From Candidatus Dormiibacterota bacterium (GTDB taxonomy: Bacteria; Chloroflexota; Dormibacteria; CF-121): 64,000 bases of DNA. The DNA lies in contig DATASI010000121.1 in assembly GCA_036269255.1 (NCBI GenBank), positions 7,875 to 71,874 of the forward strand, in the 5' to 3' direction. The translations under genes were made by a program, and so were the position numbers. Numbering within the stretch: the first letter of the stretch is position 1; each line of letters starts with the position of its first letter. The notes under the pieces were generated by a model, which saw only the letters and a list, made by a program, of their open reading frames with translations, ran no database searches and had not been told where the DNA came from. Below, in pieces: positions 8,361 to 17,041 of this stretch.

Positions 8361-10180
8361 TCCTGGTAGAGCCAGCGCAGCCGGCGGCTGGCGTCCTCGT
8401 GGGCGCGCGACAGCTCGGCGACCAGCGCGGGATCGTCATAGGTCTGGTGGTCGGCCAGGCGCTCTTCGATCTGGTGGATCTCGGTTTCAAGGCCGTCGAT
8501 CTGATCCTCAACCGGAACCGCGGGTTTCACGACGGCGGCCGCACGGGTCGCTGTCGTGCGCCGTCCCTCCTCGGCCAGGGGGCGTCGCGTCCGCTGGCGG
8601 GCCCGTTCCCAGTCGCTGTAGTTGCCCAGATGCATGCTGACGGTGCCGTCCTCGACCACCCAGAGCCGCGTCGCCACGTCGTCGATGAAGTAGCGGTCGT
8701 GGGACACGAACACGATGGTGCCCTCGTAGTCGTTGAGCGCATCTTCGAGCATTTCCTGCGCCGGGATGTCGAGGTGGTTGGTCGGCTCGTCGAGCATCAG
8801 CAGGCCGGCATCGTCGAGCATCAGCTTGGCGAGCGCGACCCGGCTCTTCTCGCCGCCGCTCAAGGAGCGGATCGCCTTGAACGCGTCGTCGCCGCTGAAC
8901 AGCAGCCGGCCGAGGAAGGTTCGCAGCGTTTCCTCGGGAAGCCCGAACGCATCCTGCAGCTCGCCGATGACGGTCTTGTTCGGATCGAGATCGGCGAGAT
9001 TCTGATCGTAGTAGCGCATCGCGACTCGGGGACCGGTCTTGACCCGCCCCTGCAAGGGCCGCAATTCTCCCAGCAGCGCTTTCAGCAGGCTGGTCTTGCC
9101 GGAGCCATTTGGTCCGACGATCGCCACCCGCTCGCCGGCGCTGACGGTGAACGCGGGAACGGAGACGATCTCGCGCTTGTCGTATCCGACGCGCAACCCT
9201 TCGCTCTGAAAGATGAGCTCGCTGGTGACGGAGGCCCGCAGCCGGATCCGAATCTGCTGATCCTCGGCCGGGGGTGCCACCCGTGCCAGGCGATCGAGCT
9301 TGGTCTGGCGCCCGCGCGCCTCACGCGCCCGCTGCCCGGCTTTATAGCGGCGGATGAACTCCTGGGTGCGGGCGATGTACTCCTGCTGCGCCTCGTACTC
9401 CTTCTGCCGCACCGCGCGCCGCTCCTGCCGCAGCCGGACGTACTGCCGATAGTTGCCCGGATACCATTCCCCGCCACCGGCCTGCAGCTCGAGGATGTCA
9501 TCCGCGACGTGCTCCAGGAACCGCCGGTCGTGGGAAACGATCAGCATGCCGGCGCGCGAGAGACGGAGAAACCCTTCCAGCCATTCGATCGCCTCCAGGT
9601 CGAGATGGTTGGTCGGCTCGTCCAGCAGGAGCAGGTCGGCGTCCTGCAGCAGGAGCCGGGCCAGCGCCAGCCGGCGGCGCTGGCCTCCGCTCAAGGCGGC
9701 GGGCGCCAGGGCCTGGTCGGTTTCGGAAAGCCCGACGCCGTGGAGGACCTCGGCGACCCGGCTGTCATAGGCATAGCCGTCGAGGCGCTCGTACTCGTGC
9801 TGAACCTCGCCATAATCTTCGACCAGGCGTGCCAATGACTCGGCTTGGGCGCCGGCCATGGACGATTCCAGCTGCTCGAGCTTGCGGCGGAGCTCCATGA
9901 TGTCCGGGCGGCTGTGTAGCGCGTCCGCGTAGACACTCTCATGCGGACCGGCCTCCAGCTCTTGCGGCAGGTAGGCGAGCCGCGCTCTAGGCGCCAGGCT
10001 GACGGAGCCCGCCGTCGTCGGGACGTCGCCGGTAATGGCCCTGAGCAGGCTGGTCTTGCCGGTGCCGTTGGCGCCCACGATGCCCAGCCGCTGGCGCGGT
10101 TCGAGCTGGAACGTCAATTCTCGGAGGACCTCTTCGGCTCCATACAGGAGGGAAAGTCGCTCCACGCGAAGCACGGGCAT
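8336..10180 (-). CDS. ABC-F family ATPase (tandem ABC domains; Uup/EttA-like translation factor)
   Basis: Two complete nucleotide-binding domains (GANGTGKTS…LSGGQRRRLALARLL…LLLLDEPTNHLD and GPNGSGKTS…LSGGEKSRVALAKLM…LLMLDEPTNHLD) with a charged linker. The start is set at the internal ATG 10180 (MPVLRVERLSL); the track's 45-aa N-terminal extension has no homology. Confidence 0.88.
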   Translation of the reverse strand: MPVLRVERLSLLYGAEEVLRELTFQLEPRQRLGIVGANGTGKTSLLRAITGDVPTTAGSVSLAPRARLAYLPQELEAGPHESVYADALHSRPDIMELRRKLEQLESSMAGAQAESLARLVEDYGEVQHEYERLDGYAYDSRVAEVLHGVGLSETDQALAPAALSGGQRRRLALARLLLQDADLLLLDEPTNHLDLEAIEWLEGFLRLSRAGMLIVSHDRRFLEHVADDILELQAGGGEWYPGNYRQYVRLRQERRAVRQKEYEAQQEYIARTQEFIRRYKAGQRAREARGRQTKLDRLARVAPPAEDQQIRIRLRASVTSELIFQSEGLRVGYDKREIVSVPAFTVSAGERVAIVGPNGSGKTSLLKALLGELRPLQGRVKTGPRVAMRYYDQNLADLDPNKTVIGELQDAFGLPEETLRTFLGRLLFSGDDAFKAIRSLSGGEKSRVALAKLMLDDAGLLMLDEPTNHLDIPAQEMLEDALNDYEGTIVFVSHDRYFIDDVATRLWVVEDGTVSMHLGNYSDWERARQRTRRPLAEEGRRTTATRAAAVVKPAVPVEDQIDGLETEIHQIEERLADHQTYDDPALVAELSRAHEDASRRLRWLYQEWEQAAGA

Positions 10181-10314
10181 TACCCGCAAGTCTACGGCCA
10201 GCTTTTTAAGAATCCCGACCAGAAATTGGCCCGGCATGAGGGAATAAAGGATGAGAGTTGACGGTTTGCCAGCGTATAAACACGTTTCCAGCTGCAGTAG
10301 ATGAGGGTTCGTCA

Positions 10315-10695
10315 ATGACAGGATTGCTCGCGCAAACGAATGCCTATATCCGTGACGCAGAGCGGCGCCACCGCGACCGCAAGGCGCACCAGGACCGCGT
10401 CCGCCGGCCGATCGCGCTGATCGACCGGCTGCTCGAGGAGTTGGAGGAGATGAATCTCAAGGGCATGAAGCGGGTGCCGGTTTCCTACGAGCCGCGCCTC
10501 GAGGAGATCGTCACGCTCGTCGGCCCGATGCCGGACCTGGCTAATGACATCGCGAACATCAAAGTCAAGGTCGGGATCGCCAAGCTGATGGACGCGCTCT
10601 TTGCCGTCGAAGAAGCGCTGTTCACGGAGCGTCGCGGTCCTGCCATGGACGTCGACGCCGAACCCTTCGAGAGCCCCTTCTTCACCGCCGCCTAA
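10315..10695 (+). CDS. Hypothetical protein (charged, helical)
   Basis: The ATG at 10315 is preceded by a GAGGG Shine-Dalgarno. The product is about 126 aa with no recognised domain, and the gene is divergent from the ABC-F gene. Confidence 0.4.
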   Translation: MTGLLAQTNAYIRDAERRHRDRKAHQDRVRRPIALIDRLLEELEEMNLKGMKRVPVSYEPRLEEIVTLVGPMPDLANDIANIKVKVGIAKLMDALFAVEEALFTERRGPAMDVDAEPFESPFFTAA

Positions 10696-10740
10696 CTCAC
10701 TCAGCGCCCGCATCGCGGCAGGCGGCAGTACGATACCGCC

Positions 10741-11421
10741 GTGCCGAACGCGCTCGACCTCACGCTGCGCCTCGTCGTCGCGCTGCTCCTGGGTTCACTC
10801 ATCGGCCTCGAGCGCGAGCGGCAGGAGCGTGCCGCCGGGCTCCGCACGGTCACGATGGTGTCGCTCGGCTCGTGCCTCTTCACCGTCGTCGGCGCCTACG
10901 GATTCCCGGGAACCGATCCCTCGCGAGTCGCAGCGCAGATCGTGACGGGAATCGGCTTTCTCGGAGCGGGCACGATCTTTTTGCGCAAGGACCTGGTCCG
11001 CGGGCTGACGACCGCTGCCACCATCTGGGCGACCGCCGCGATCGGAATGGCCGCCGGCACCGCCCAGTATTTCGAGGCCTTCTTTACGACCCTGCTGGTC
11101 CTCGCCGTCTTGATGGTGCTGAAGCCGGTCGAACGTCGCTTCTTCAAGCGGCCCGCCGAAGTGAGCGTCAGTCTCCAGATCCGGAGGGGCGACTCAGAGC
11201 TCGAGCGCGTCCGGGCAGCGCTGGCCGCGATCGGCGCCTTTCCGGAATCCGTGCGCGTCGCTGAGCTGCCGGAGGACACGGATCGAATCGAAATGGAGGT
11301 CGCCCTGCCCCACGACCGGACGACGTCTGATCTGTTGCGCGAGCTTCGAAGGGTCGAAGGGATCTCTCACATCCTGGTCTCGCGCGACCTGATCGAAGAC
11401 CAGATCCGCGCCGGCACTTGA
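10741..11421 (+). CDS. mgtC: MgtC/SapB family membrane protein
   Basis: The MgtC N-terminal TM domain is present (…LLLGSLIGLERERQERAAGLRT…IVTGIGFLGAGTIF…) with a C-terminal ACT-like soluble domain. The start codon is GTG. Confidence 0.8.
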   Translation: MPNALDLTLRLVVALLLGSLIGLERERQERAAGLRTVTMVSLGSCLFTVVGAYGFPGTDPSRVAAQIVTGIGFLGAGTIFLRKDLVRGLTTAATIWATAAIGMAAGTAQYFEAFFTTLLVLAVLMVLKPVERRFFKRPAEVSVSLQIRRGDSELERVRAALAAIGAFPESVRVAELPEDTDRIEMEVALPHDRTTSDLLRELRRVEGISHILVSRDLIEDQIRAGT

Positions 11422-11476
11422 TACAATCGCGCGTAAGGTCAGGGAGGTGGTGCCCATGGCATTAGTTGACTTAAGT

Positions 11477-11513
11477 GAGAGCGGCGGGTAACACCGCCGC
11501 TCTTTCTTTTTTG
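11477..11513 (+). terminator. Rho-independent terminator after mgtC
   Basis: A 9-bp perfect GC stem GAGCGGCGG-gtaaca-CCGCCGCTC is followed by TTTCTTTTTTG. Confidence 0.7.
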
Positions 11514-11697
11514 CCTGCTAACACAGAGATTTGACCGGCCGATTGCATCGGCGCCGGTGTCCTACACCGTGCCTGTCGCGGCGACAGGAGTCGCACGCTC
11601 CAGTTGCACTTTTCCGGACGCGCCGCTGCTCGGCCGACGCTAAAGATGCGCGCTCCGCGCGCGTGCCGGATCTGCGCGAAGCGCAGCCCGGCAGGTA

Positions 11698-12489
11698 TTA
11701 AGGATGCTTGCCAAAGATCGGTGGGCGCTTTTCGATGAAGGCGCGGATCGCCTCGCGAGCCTCGCCAGTCTTGCCGGCCAGCGTTTGCAGGTGCGCTTCG
11801 AGCTGGAGGGTTTGCTCCAGGTCGAGCTCGAGTGCGCGCGCCAGGCCGCGTTTGATCAGCGCCATCGTTTGGCGAGGCCCATCGGCCAGCAGGCGAGCAC
11901 GGTCCAGCGCGGCCGGCAACACCTGATCGCGTGGCACGACGGCGGTCAGCAAGCCGAATCGCAGAGCAGCGTCAGCGGACATCGGCTCGCCGGTCAGCGC
12001 GAGCTCGGTCGCCTTGCTGAGCCCAAGCATTCGGGTCAGGAAGAAGAGGCTGCCCGCATCGGGCACCAGGCCGACGCGGACGAAGGCCACGATCAGCTGC
12101 GCGTCGCTTGCGGCAAGGCGCAGATCGCATGCAAGGGCAAGGCTCAGGCCGGCTCCGGCGGCGGTGCCATTCAGCGCGGCGATCACGGGTTTGGGGCACG
12201 CCCGGATCGCCCGCGTCAACGGTGCGTAGTTTTCCCGCAAGTCATCGCCGACGCGAGTGTCCCCGGCATCGAAGCGTGCGCTGACGTCCTTCAGGTCGGC
12301 GCCCGCGCAGAAGGCGCGTCCGGCTCCTGTCAGCACCACGGAGCCCACCTCCGCGTCGCGCGCCGCCGCGTCGAAGGCCGCCTTCAAGGCTCGGTTGGTC
12401 TGCGGATTCAGGGCATTGAGGGCCTCGGGCCGGTTGATGGTGAGGACCAGCACCGGGCCGTCGCGTTCGGAGCGAACGACCTCGCTCAT
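11698..12489 (-). CDS. Enoyl-CoA hydratase/isomerase (crotonase family)
   Basis: Start at the internal ATG 12489 (MSEVVRSERDGPVLVLTINRPEALNAL…). The crotonase oxyanion motifs AFCAGADL and LNGTAAGAG are present. The ORF-track N-terminal 142 aa is an Arg-rich spurious extension. Confidence 0.82.
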   Translation of the reverse strand: MSEVVRSERDGPVLVLTINRPEALNALNPQTNRALKAAFDAAARDAEVGSVVLTGAGRAFCAGADLKDVSARFDAGDTRVGDDLRENYAPLTRAIRACPKPVIAALNGTAAGAGLSLALACDLRLAASDAQLIVAFVRVGLVPDAGSLFFLTRMLGLSKATELALTGEPMSADAALRFGLLTAVVPRDQVLPAALDRARLLADGPRQTMALIKRGLARALELDLEQTLQLEAHLQTLAGKTGEAREAIRAFIEKRPPIFGKHP

Positions 12490-13259
12490 CGCCCGGTGAA
12501 CTTTCCGGGCCGCTTCTCGAGGAAGGCGCGCATCCCCTCGCGCTTGTCCTCCGAGGCGAAGAGCAGGTAGAAGAGTTTGCGTTCGTAGTCCAACCCGGCG
12601 GAGAGCGAAGTCTCGAGCGCCTGGTTGACGGCTTCCTTGCCTAGCCGCACGGCGAGCGGTGGCCGTTGCGCGATCATCGTTGCGATCCGGAGCGCCTCGT
12701 CGAGCTGCGCCCCGTCGGGCACGACGCGATTGATCAGCCCGATGCGTTCGGCGTCGACCGCGCGGATCGGCTCGCCGGTGAGCACCGCCTCCATCGCGCG
12801 GACTTTTCCGGCGGAACGAGTCCAGCGTTGCGTCCCGCCGGCTCCGGGAATGATGCCGATCTTGACCTCGGGCTGGCCGAACTGCGCGCTTTCCGAGGCG
12901 ATGATCAGGTCGCACATCAAGGCGAGCTCACAGCCTCCCCCGAGGGCATAGCCGGCGACCGCGGCGATCACCGGTTTCTTGATGGCCCGAAAGCGGGCCC
13001 AGTGCGCGAGACGGTCGTCGTCGAGGACGTCGATGGCGCCCGCCTCGGCCATCTGCGCGATATCGGCGCCGGCGGCGAAGGCGCGGTCGTCACCGGTCAG
13101 GATCATGCAGCGAATCTCCGCGTCCGCGTCGAAGGCTGCCAGCGCGTCGACCAGCTCCGCGATCGTCTGGTTGTTGAGCGCATTGCGCACCTTGGGGCGG
13201 TTGATCCTGACGATGCCGACCGCACCATGAATATCCGTCAGGACGAACTCGTAGGCCAT
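12486..13259 (-). CDS. Enoyl-CoA hydratase (crotonase family)
   Basis: MAYEFVLTDIHGAVGIVRINRPKVRNAL…AFAAGADI…AGYALGGGCELA. A 4-nt overlap (ATGA) with the downstream crotonase gene suggests operon coupling. Confidence 0.85.
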   Translation of the reverse strand: MAYEFVLTDIHGAVGIVRINRPKVRNALNNQTIAELVDALAAFDADAEIRCMILTGDDRAFAAGADIAQMAEAGAIDVLDDDRLAHWARFRAIKKPVIAAVAGYALGGGCELALMCDLIIASESAQFGQPEVKIGIIPGAGGTQRWTRSAGKVRAMEAVLTGEPIRAVDAERIGLINRVVPDGAQLDEALRIATMIAQRPPLAVRLGKEAVNQALETSLSAGLDYERKLFYLLFASEDKREGMRAFLEKRPGKFTGR

Positions 13260-13351
13260 GCTTGAGCGAGTCTAGCGCGGCCTCCCAAGCGTCACGGGTC
13301 GCTCGCGTCACGCCGGCGTAAGGAACAGGCCGGCAGGCCAGTTATAGGAAG

Positions 13352-13921
13352 GTGAAACGGCTCGCGCTCGCCTTTGTCGCAGCCGCTTTCGTGCTGCTTG
13401 TGCCGCTGAACGCGCTGGCCGAAGACCAGCCGTTCAAAACCGTCGTCGATGGGATGGTCCCCAAGATCAACGGCCTGACCATCCAGGGAGGGAGCGGCGG
13501 ATGCGACATCGTCCTGCAGAACCAGACCGCCCAGGACGTGGTGCTCTTCGACCTGAGCAAGCCGCCCAAGCCCTTCCGGTTCGCGGCCCAGCCAAAAGGT
13601 GCGACACCGAGACCGCCGATCCCGGTTCACCTGACCGGTGCCTGGCCATGCGCCAGTTTGCCGGCCGTGACCGAAGATCAGCGCTGGAATCATGCCGAGG
13701 CCACGGTCGGGACCTGGGCGATCGGCGGGGCCGCCGGGGCGGTCAGCTTCAAACTGACGGGTCGCTCCGTTTATGATCCGGCGCTCGATCCAACCGCTGA
13801 TCTGCTGATGTATCTCCGGTTCGGGGCCGGCATCGCCGCCGTGGGCGTCCTGCTGATGACGGTGCCCTACCTCGTGCGCCGCCGTCGCGAGATCCTGGCC
13901 GCGGCCAAAAAAGCGGCCTGA
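13352..13921 (+). CDS. Hypothetical exported protein with a C-terminal membrane anchor
   Basis: A GTG start followed by a signal peptide MKRLALAFVAAAFVLLVPLNALA, a soluble domain with 2 Cys, then a C-terminal TM helix and a basic tail. Confidence 0.5.
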   Translation: MKRLALAFVAAAFVLLVPLNALAEDQPFKTVVDGMVPKINGLTIQGGSGGCDIVLQNQTAQDVVLFDLSKPPKPFRFAAQPKGATPRPPIPVHLTGAWPCASLPAVTEDQRWNHAEATVGTWAIGGAAGAVSFKLTGRSVYDPALDPTADLLMYLRFGAGIAAVGVLLMTVPYLVRRRREILAAAKKAA

Positions 13922-14065
13922 CCAAAGATCGGAAACTTGGCTCTGGACGGGCCCGAATCCCGCCCATATAATTCGGGCCATCCTCATGGAAGGGAAGAGG
14001 GTCTTCGTGAAAACTTGTAAACTCGACCGTTGCTTTTCTGATAACGGTCTTGTAGAGTCCGGTTC

Positions 14066-14428
14066 GTGATCGCGACCATGCGGCAGGCCGTCGCGCGCCG
14101 GGTCGAGGCGGTTGCCAGGAAGGAGGTCTCGACCGGAAAGAAGGCGCTGATCCTGATCGGCTTCTGCGTCGCGCAGCTGCTGGATGTCACGACCACCCAC
14201 ATCGGCTTGTCGCAGGGGCGCCAGGAGCTGAATGGAGCGGCTGCCTGGATCATTGGCCACAACGGCGAGGCCGCCGTCTATGCCCTCAAGCTTGGACTGG
14301 TCGCCGTCCTCGTCGGGTTTTTGCTGGTCTTCGGCCGCCGGCGCTCCGGCATCTGGAACGCCTACCTGGTGGCCGCCTGGATCACGACCTTCGCCGTCGT
14401 CAATAACATCTATCGCATCCTGAGCTAG
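14066..14428 (+). CDS. Small integral membrane protein (DUF5658-like pattern)
   Basis: 120 aa with 3-4 TM helices and an LLDVTTTHIGL motif reminiscent of DUF5658. Confidence 0.4.
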   Translation: MIATMRQAVARRVEAVARKEVSTGKKALILIGFCVAQLLDVTTTHIGLSQGRQELNGAAAWIIGHNGEAAVYALKLGLVAVLVGFLLVFGRRRSGIWNAYLVAAWITTFAVVNNIYRILS

Positions 14429-14464
14429 CCGCTCACACCAGTCTTCGCCAGGTGGCGAAGAGCG

Positions 14465-14941
14465 ATGTCCCTCAAGGGCTACATTGACCTGATGACCAGC
14501 GCCGCCGTCACCTTTGGCCAAATCTTGACGCCGCTTTTTTTCTATGTGGTGATCGCCGCCTATGTGGCCTTCGTGATCGCCTCTGCCTGGCAGTTTTCGC
14601 GGCGTCCCGAGCCAGGACGGATCATGCGCGGCCTCAACCTGACGGTGGTCCCGCTCGGGGTGCTGGTCGCCCTCGTGGGCGTGCTCGCCGCCAGCGTCAA
14701 CGCCTTCAATCAACAGGAAGGAACGCCCAGCAACAAGTGGGCGATCGTGATGGTGGCCCTTGGGTTCGGGCTCTCGTCGCTGGTGCTGGCCGTCGAGGGA
14801 TTCATCCTTCGCGGCCGGATCGCGGCATCTCCCGAAGAGCGGCGGGCGATCGGCATGCGCAGCCTGAGCCTGATTGCGACTACGGTTCCGCTGGTCATCC
14901 TCGGCGGGCTTTTTTTGGCCCTGGCCATCCGCATCGGCTGA
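14465..14941 (+). CDS. Hypothetical integral membrane protein
   Basis: 158 aa with 4 predicted TM helices and no homology recognised. Confidence 0.45.
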   Translation: MSLKGYIDLMTSAAVTFGQILTPLFFYVVIAAYVAFVIASAWQFSRRPEPGRIMRGLNLTVVPLGVLVALVGVLAASVNAFNQQEGTPSNKWAIVMVALGFGLSSLVLAVEGFILRGRIAASPEERRAIGMRSLSLIATTVPLVILGGLFLALAIRIG

Positions 14942-14982
14942 GCTATATTTGACCGGTTCGATCAACTATTAGAGGGCGACGC

Positions 14983-15444
14983 ATGCGCATGCGCTTCTCG
15001 ATGAAAACCGAATACGGTGTCCGCGCCATCCTCGAGCTGGCCGCGAACGCCGGCCGGGGCACGCTGCAGAGCGCCGAGATCGCTCGGCGGCAGGCGATTC
15101 CCGGGCCGTTCCTCGACCAGGTGCTGATGACGCTGCGCCGCGCCGGCATGATCTCCTCGACGCGAGGGCCGCATGGCGGCCACGCCATCGCGCGGCGGCC
15201 CGATGAGATCCGTCTCGACGAGGTGCTGGATTGCCTGGAGGGAAACGGCCGTGAGGCTCGCGATGGCCACCGTCCGGTTGGCGATGCGCTGGTGCTCGCC
15301 CAGGTGACCGAGCAGGCCGAATCGGCTGCGCGACAGGTGTTCGCCGCCCACACGCTGGCTGACTGCCTGCGCTTGCGGCCGCAGCAGCCGGCGGTCTTTC
15401 ACGGGATCTTCCATCCGGCACGTGGCCGGTCTAAAGGTGCCTGA
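14983..15444 (+). CDS. Rrf2-family transcriptional regulator (non-Fe-S, CymR/NsrR-like)
   Basis: Rrf2 wHTH N-terminus (MKTEYGVRAILELA…SAEIARRQAIPGPFLDQVLMTLRRAGMISSTRGPHGGHAIAR). Only one Cys is present, so it lacks the three-Cys cluster ligands. The start could be ATG 14983, 14989 or 15001. The TGA overlaps the ATG of the next gene. Confidence 0.8.
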   Translation: MRMRFSMKTEYGVRAILELAANAGRGTLQSAEIARRQAIPGPFLDQVLMTLRRAGMISSTRGPHGGHAIARRPDEIRLDEVLDCLEGNGREARDGHRPVGDALVLAQVTEQAESAARQVFAAHTLADCLRLRPQQPAVFHGIFHPARGRSKGA

Positions 15445-16247
15445 TGGCGTCGCTCACTGCACAGCAGCGTCAGCGGTATGCGCGACACCTTAGCCTGGCC
15501 GAAATCGGTGAGGCCGGCCAGCAGCGACTGCTTCGCGCTCGCGTCTTGATCGTCGGCGTCGGCGCGCTCGGCTCGCCCGCCGCGCTATACCTCGCCGCCG
15601 CGGGCGTTGGCACCCTGGGATTGGCGGATCACGATCGAGTGCGGCTCTCCAACCTGCAGCGCCAGGTGATCCATTCGATCGATGGCGTGAACCGCGCCAA
15701 AGTCGAGGTCGCCGGCCAGACGCTACGCCGCCTGAACCCCGAGCTGACCATCGAGACGATCGAGGCCGCCGTCGACGAGCGAAACGCGCTCGAGTTGCTC
15801 GGGCGCTTCGACGCCATCGTCGATGGCACCGACACCTTCCGCGCCCGCTACCTGCTGAGCGACGCGGCCTACTTCCTGGGCAAGCCGCTGGTTCACGGCA
15901 GCATCTTCCGGGTCGAGGGGCAGGTCACCGTCTTCAAGCCCGGCTTCGGTTGTTACCGCTGCCTCTATCCCGAGCCGCCTCCGCCCGGTGCCATCGAAGA
16001 TTCGGAAGAGGTGGGGGTGTTCGCTCCGCTCGCCGGCATCATCGGAACCATCGAGGCGGCCGAAACCATCAAGCTATTGACCGGTGTCGGTGACGTCCTG
16101 GTCAACCTGGTGTTGCTGCACGACAGCATGGCGATGAGCTTTCGCGAGGTACGGTACCGGCGCAACCCTGCCTGTCCCGTCTGTGGTGATCGACCGTCGG
16201 TGCGCCGCCTGATCGACTACGACGCGTTCGTCGGAGCGGCGCGATGA
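15444..16247 (+). CDS. ThiF/MoeB/HesA-family E1-like adenylyltransferase (copy 1)
   Basis: RYARHLSLAEIGEAGQQRL, the GVGALGSPAALYLAAAGVG Rossmann/ATP loop, and Zn-motif pairs CYRC…CPVC. The stop/start overlaps both neighbouring genes. Confidence 0.85.
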   Translation: MASLTAQQRQRYARHLSLAEIGEAGQQRLLRARVLIVGVGALGSPAALYLAAAGVGTLGLADHDRVRLSNLQRQVIHSIDGVNRAKVEVAGQTLRRLNPELTIETIEAAVDERNALELLGRFDAIVDGTDTFRARYLLSDAAYFLGKPLVHGSIFRVEGQVTVFKPGFGCYRCLYPEPPPPGAIEDSEEVGVFAPLAGIIGTIEAAETIKLLTGVGDVLVNLVLLHDSMAMSFREVRYRRNPACPVCGDRPSVRRLIDYDAFVGAAR

Positions 16248-17041
16248 ACGACCAGCGCCACCATCGCCAGCGCATCCTGGCCGAGATTGGCGAGCAGGGT
16301 CAGCGGCGCCTTGCCTCCGCCTCCGTGGCGATCGTCGGCGTCGGCGGACTGGGATCGCCGGCGGCCCTGTACCTGGCGAGTGCCGGCGTTGGCCGCATCG
16401 CATTGATCGACGACCAGCGAATCGATCGATCCAACCTCAACCGCCAGGTGCTTTACGGCGAGGCTGATATCGGCCGGCCGAAGGTCGAGGTCGCGGCGCA
16501 GCGGCTGCGCGCCATCGACTCCTCGATTGCGATCGAGCCAAGGCAGGAGAGCGTCAGCGCGGGAAACGTCGAGGCGCTCTTCGCCGCGTACGACCTGGTG
16601 CTCGATGGCACGGATGCGTTCGAGACCAAGTTCCTGCTCAACGACGCCGCGGTGCTGGCGCACAAACCGCTGGTGCACGGCGCGGTCCTGCAGTGGGGAG
16701 GCCAGGTACTGACCGTCCTCCCCGGCGGACCATGCCTGCGCTGCCTCTTCCGCGAGCCGCCCGAGCCGGATGCGGTGCAGAGCTGCGAGCAGGCCGGCAT
16801 CCTGGGGGCAACCGCCGGCATTGTCGGGAGCGTCCAGGCGGAGGAAGCGATCAAGCTGCTGCTCGGAGTTGGCGCGCCGCTTTCGGGTCGAATCTACCAG
16901 CACGACGGACTCATCGGCGAGACGCGGATCACCGCCTTCGGTCGCGATCCAAGCTGTCCCGCATGCTCGGACAAGGCCAGCATCACGCGGATGTCGGCGT
17001 ACGCGGAACAGGTCTCGGCTCGGGGCCACCTGCTGGTCTGA
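16244..17041 (+). CDS. ThiF/MoeB/HesA-family E1-like adenylyltransferase (copy 2)
   Basis: HRQRILAEIGEQGQRRL, GVGGLGSPAALYLASAGVG, and Zn-motif pairs CLRC…CPAC. ATGA overlap with copy 1 upstream and TGATG overlap with the MTAP gene downstream. Confidence 0.85.
   Translation: MNDQRHHRQRILAEIGEQGQRRLASASVAIVGVGGLGSPAALYLASAGVGRIALIDDQRIDRSNLNRQVLYGEADIGRPKVEVAAQRLRAIDSSIAIEPRQESVSAGNVEALFAAYDLVLDGTDAFETKFLLNDAAVLAHKPLVHGAVLQWGGQVLTVLPGGPCLRCLFREPPEPDAVQSCEQAGILGATAGIVGSVQAEEAIKLLLGVGAPLSGRIYQHDGLIGETRITAFGRDPSCPACSDKASITRMSAYAEQVSARGHLLV

Noticed and set aside
8351-9838. 495-aa ORF on the + strand, antisense to the ABC-F gene
   Set aside because: Arg/Gly/Pro/Ala-rich low-complexity translation with no domain signature. 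It lies entirely inside a gene with strong homology on the other strand. This is the typical GC-rich antisense artefact.
11640-11697. GC-rich palindromes (GCGCGCTCCGCGCGC and CTGCGCgaaGCGCAG) downstream of the crotonase gene
   Set aside because: They could act as a terminator for the - strand operon, but no U-tract follows on that strand. The convincing terminator in this convergent spacer is the one at 11477-11513 for mgtC, so these palindromes are left uncalled.
13292-14965. 557-aa ORF on the - strand spanning three + strand membrane or secreted protein genes
   Set aside because: The composition is Asp/Arg/Gly/His-rich junk, with no motifs. The + strand genes have a signal peptide and TM helices that are periodic, which is a convincing coding signal.
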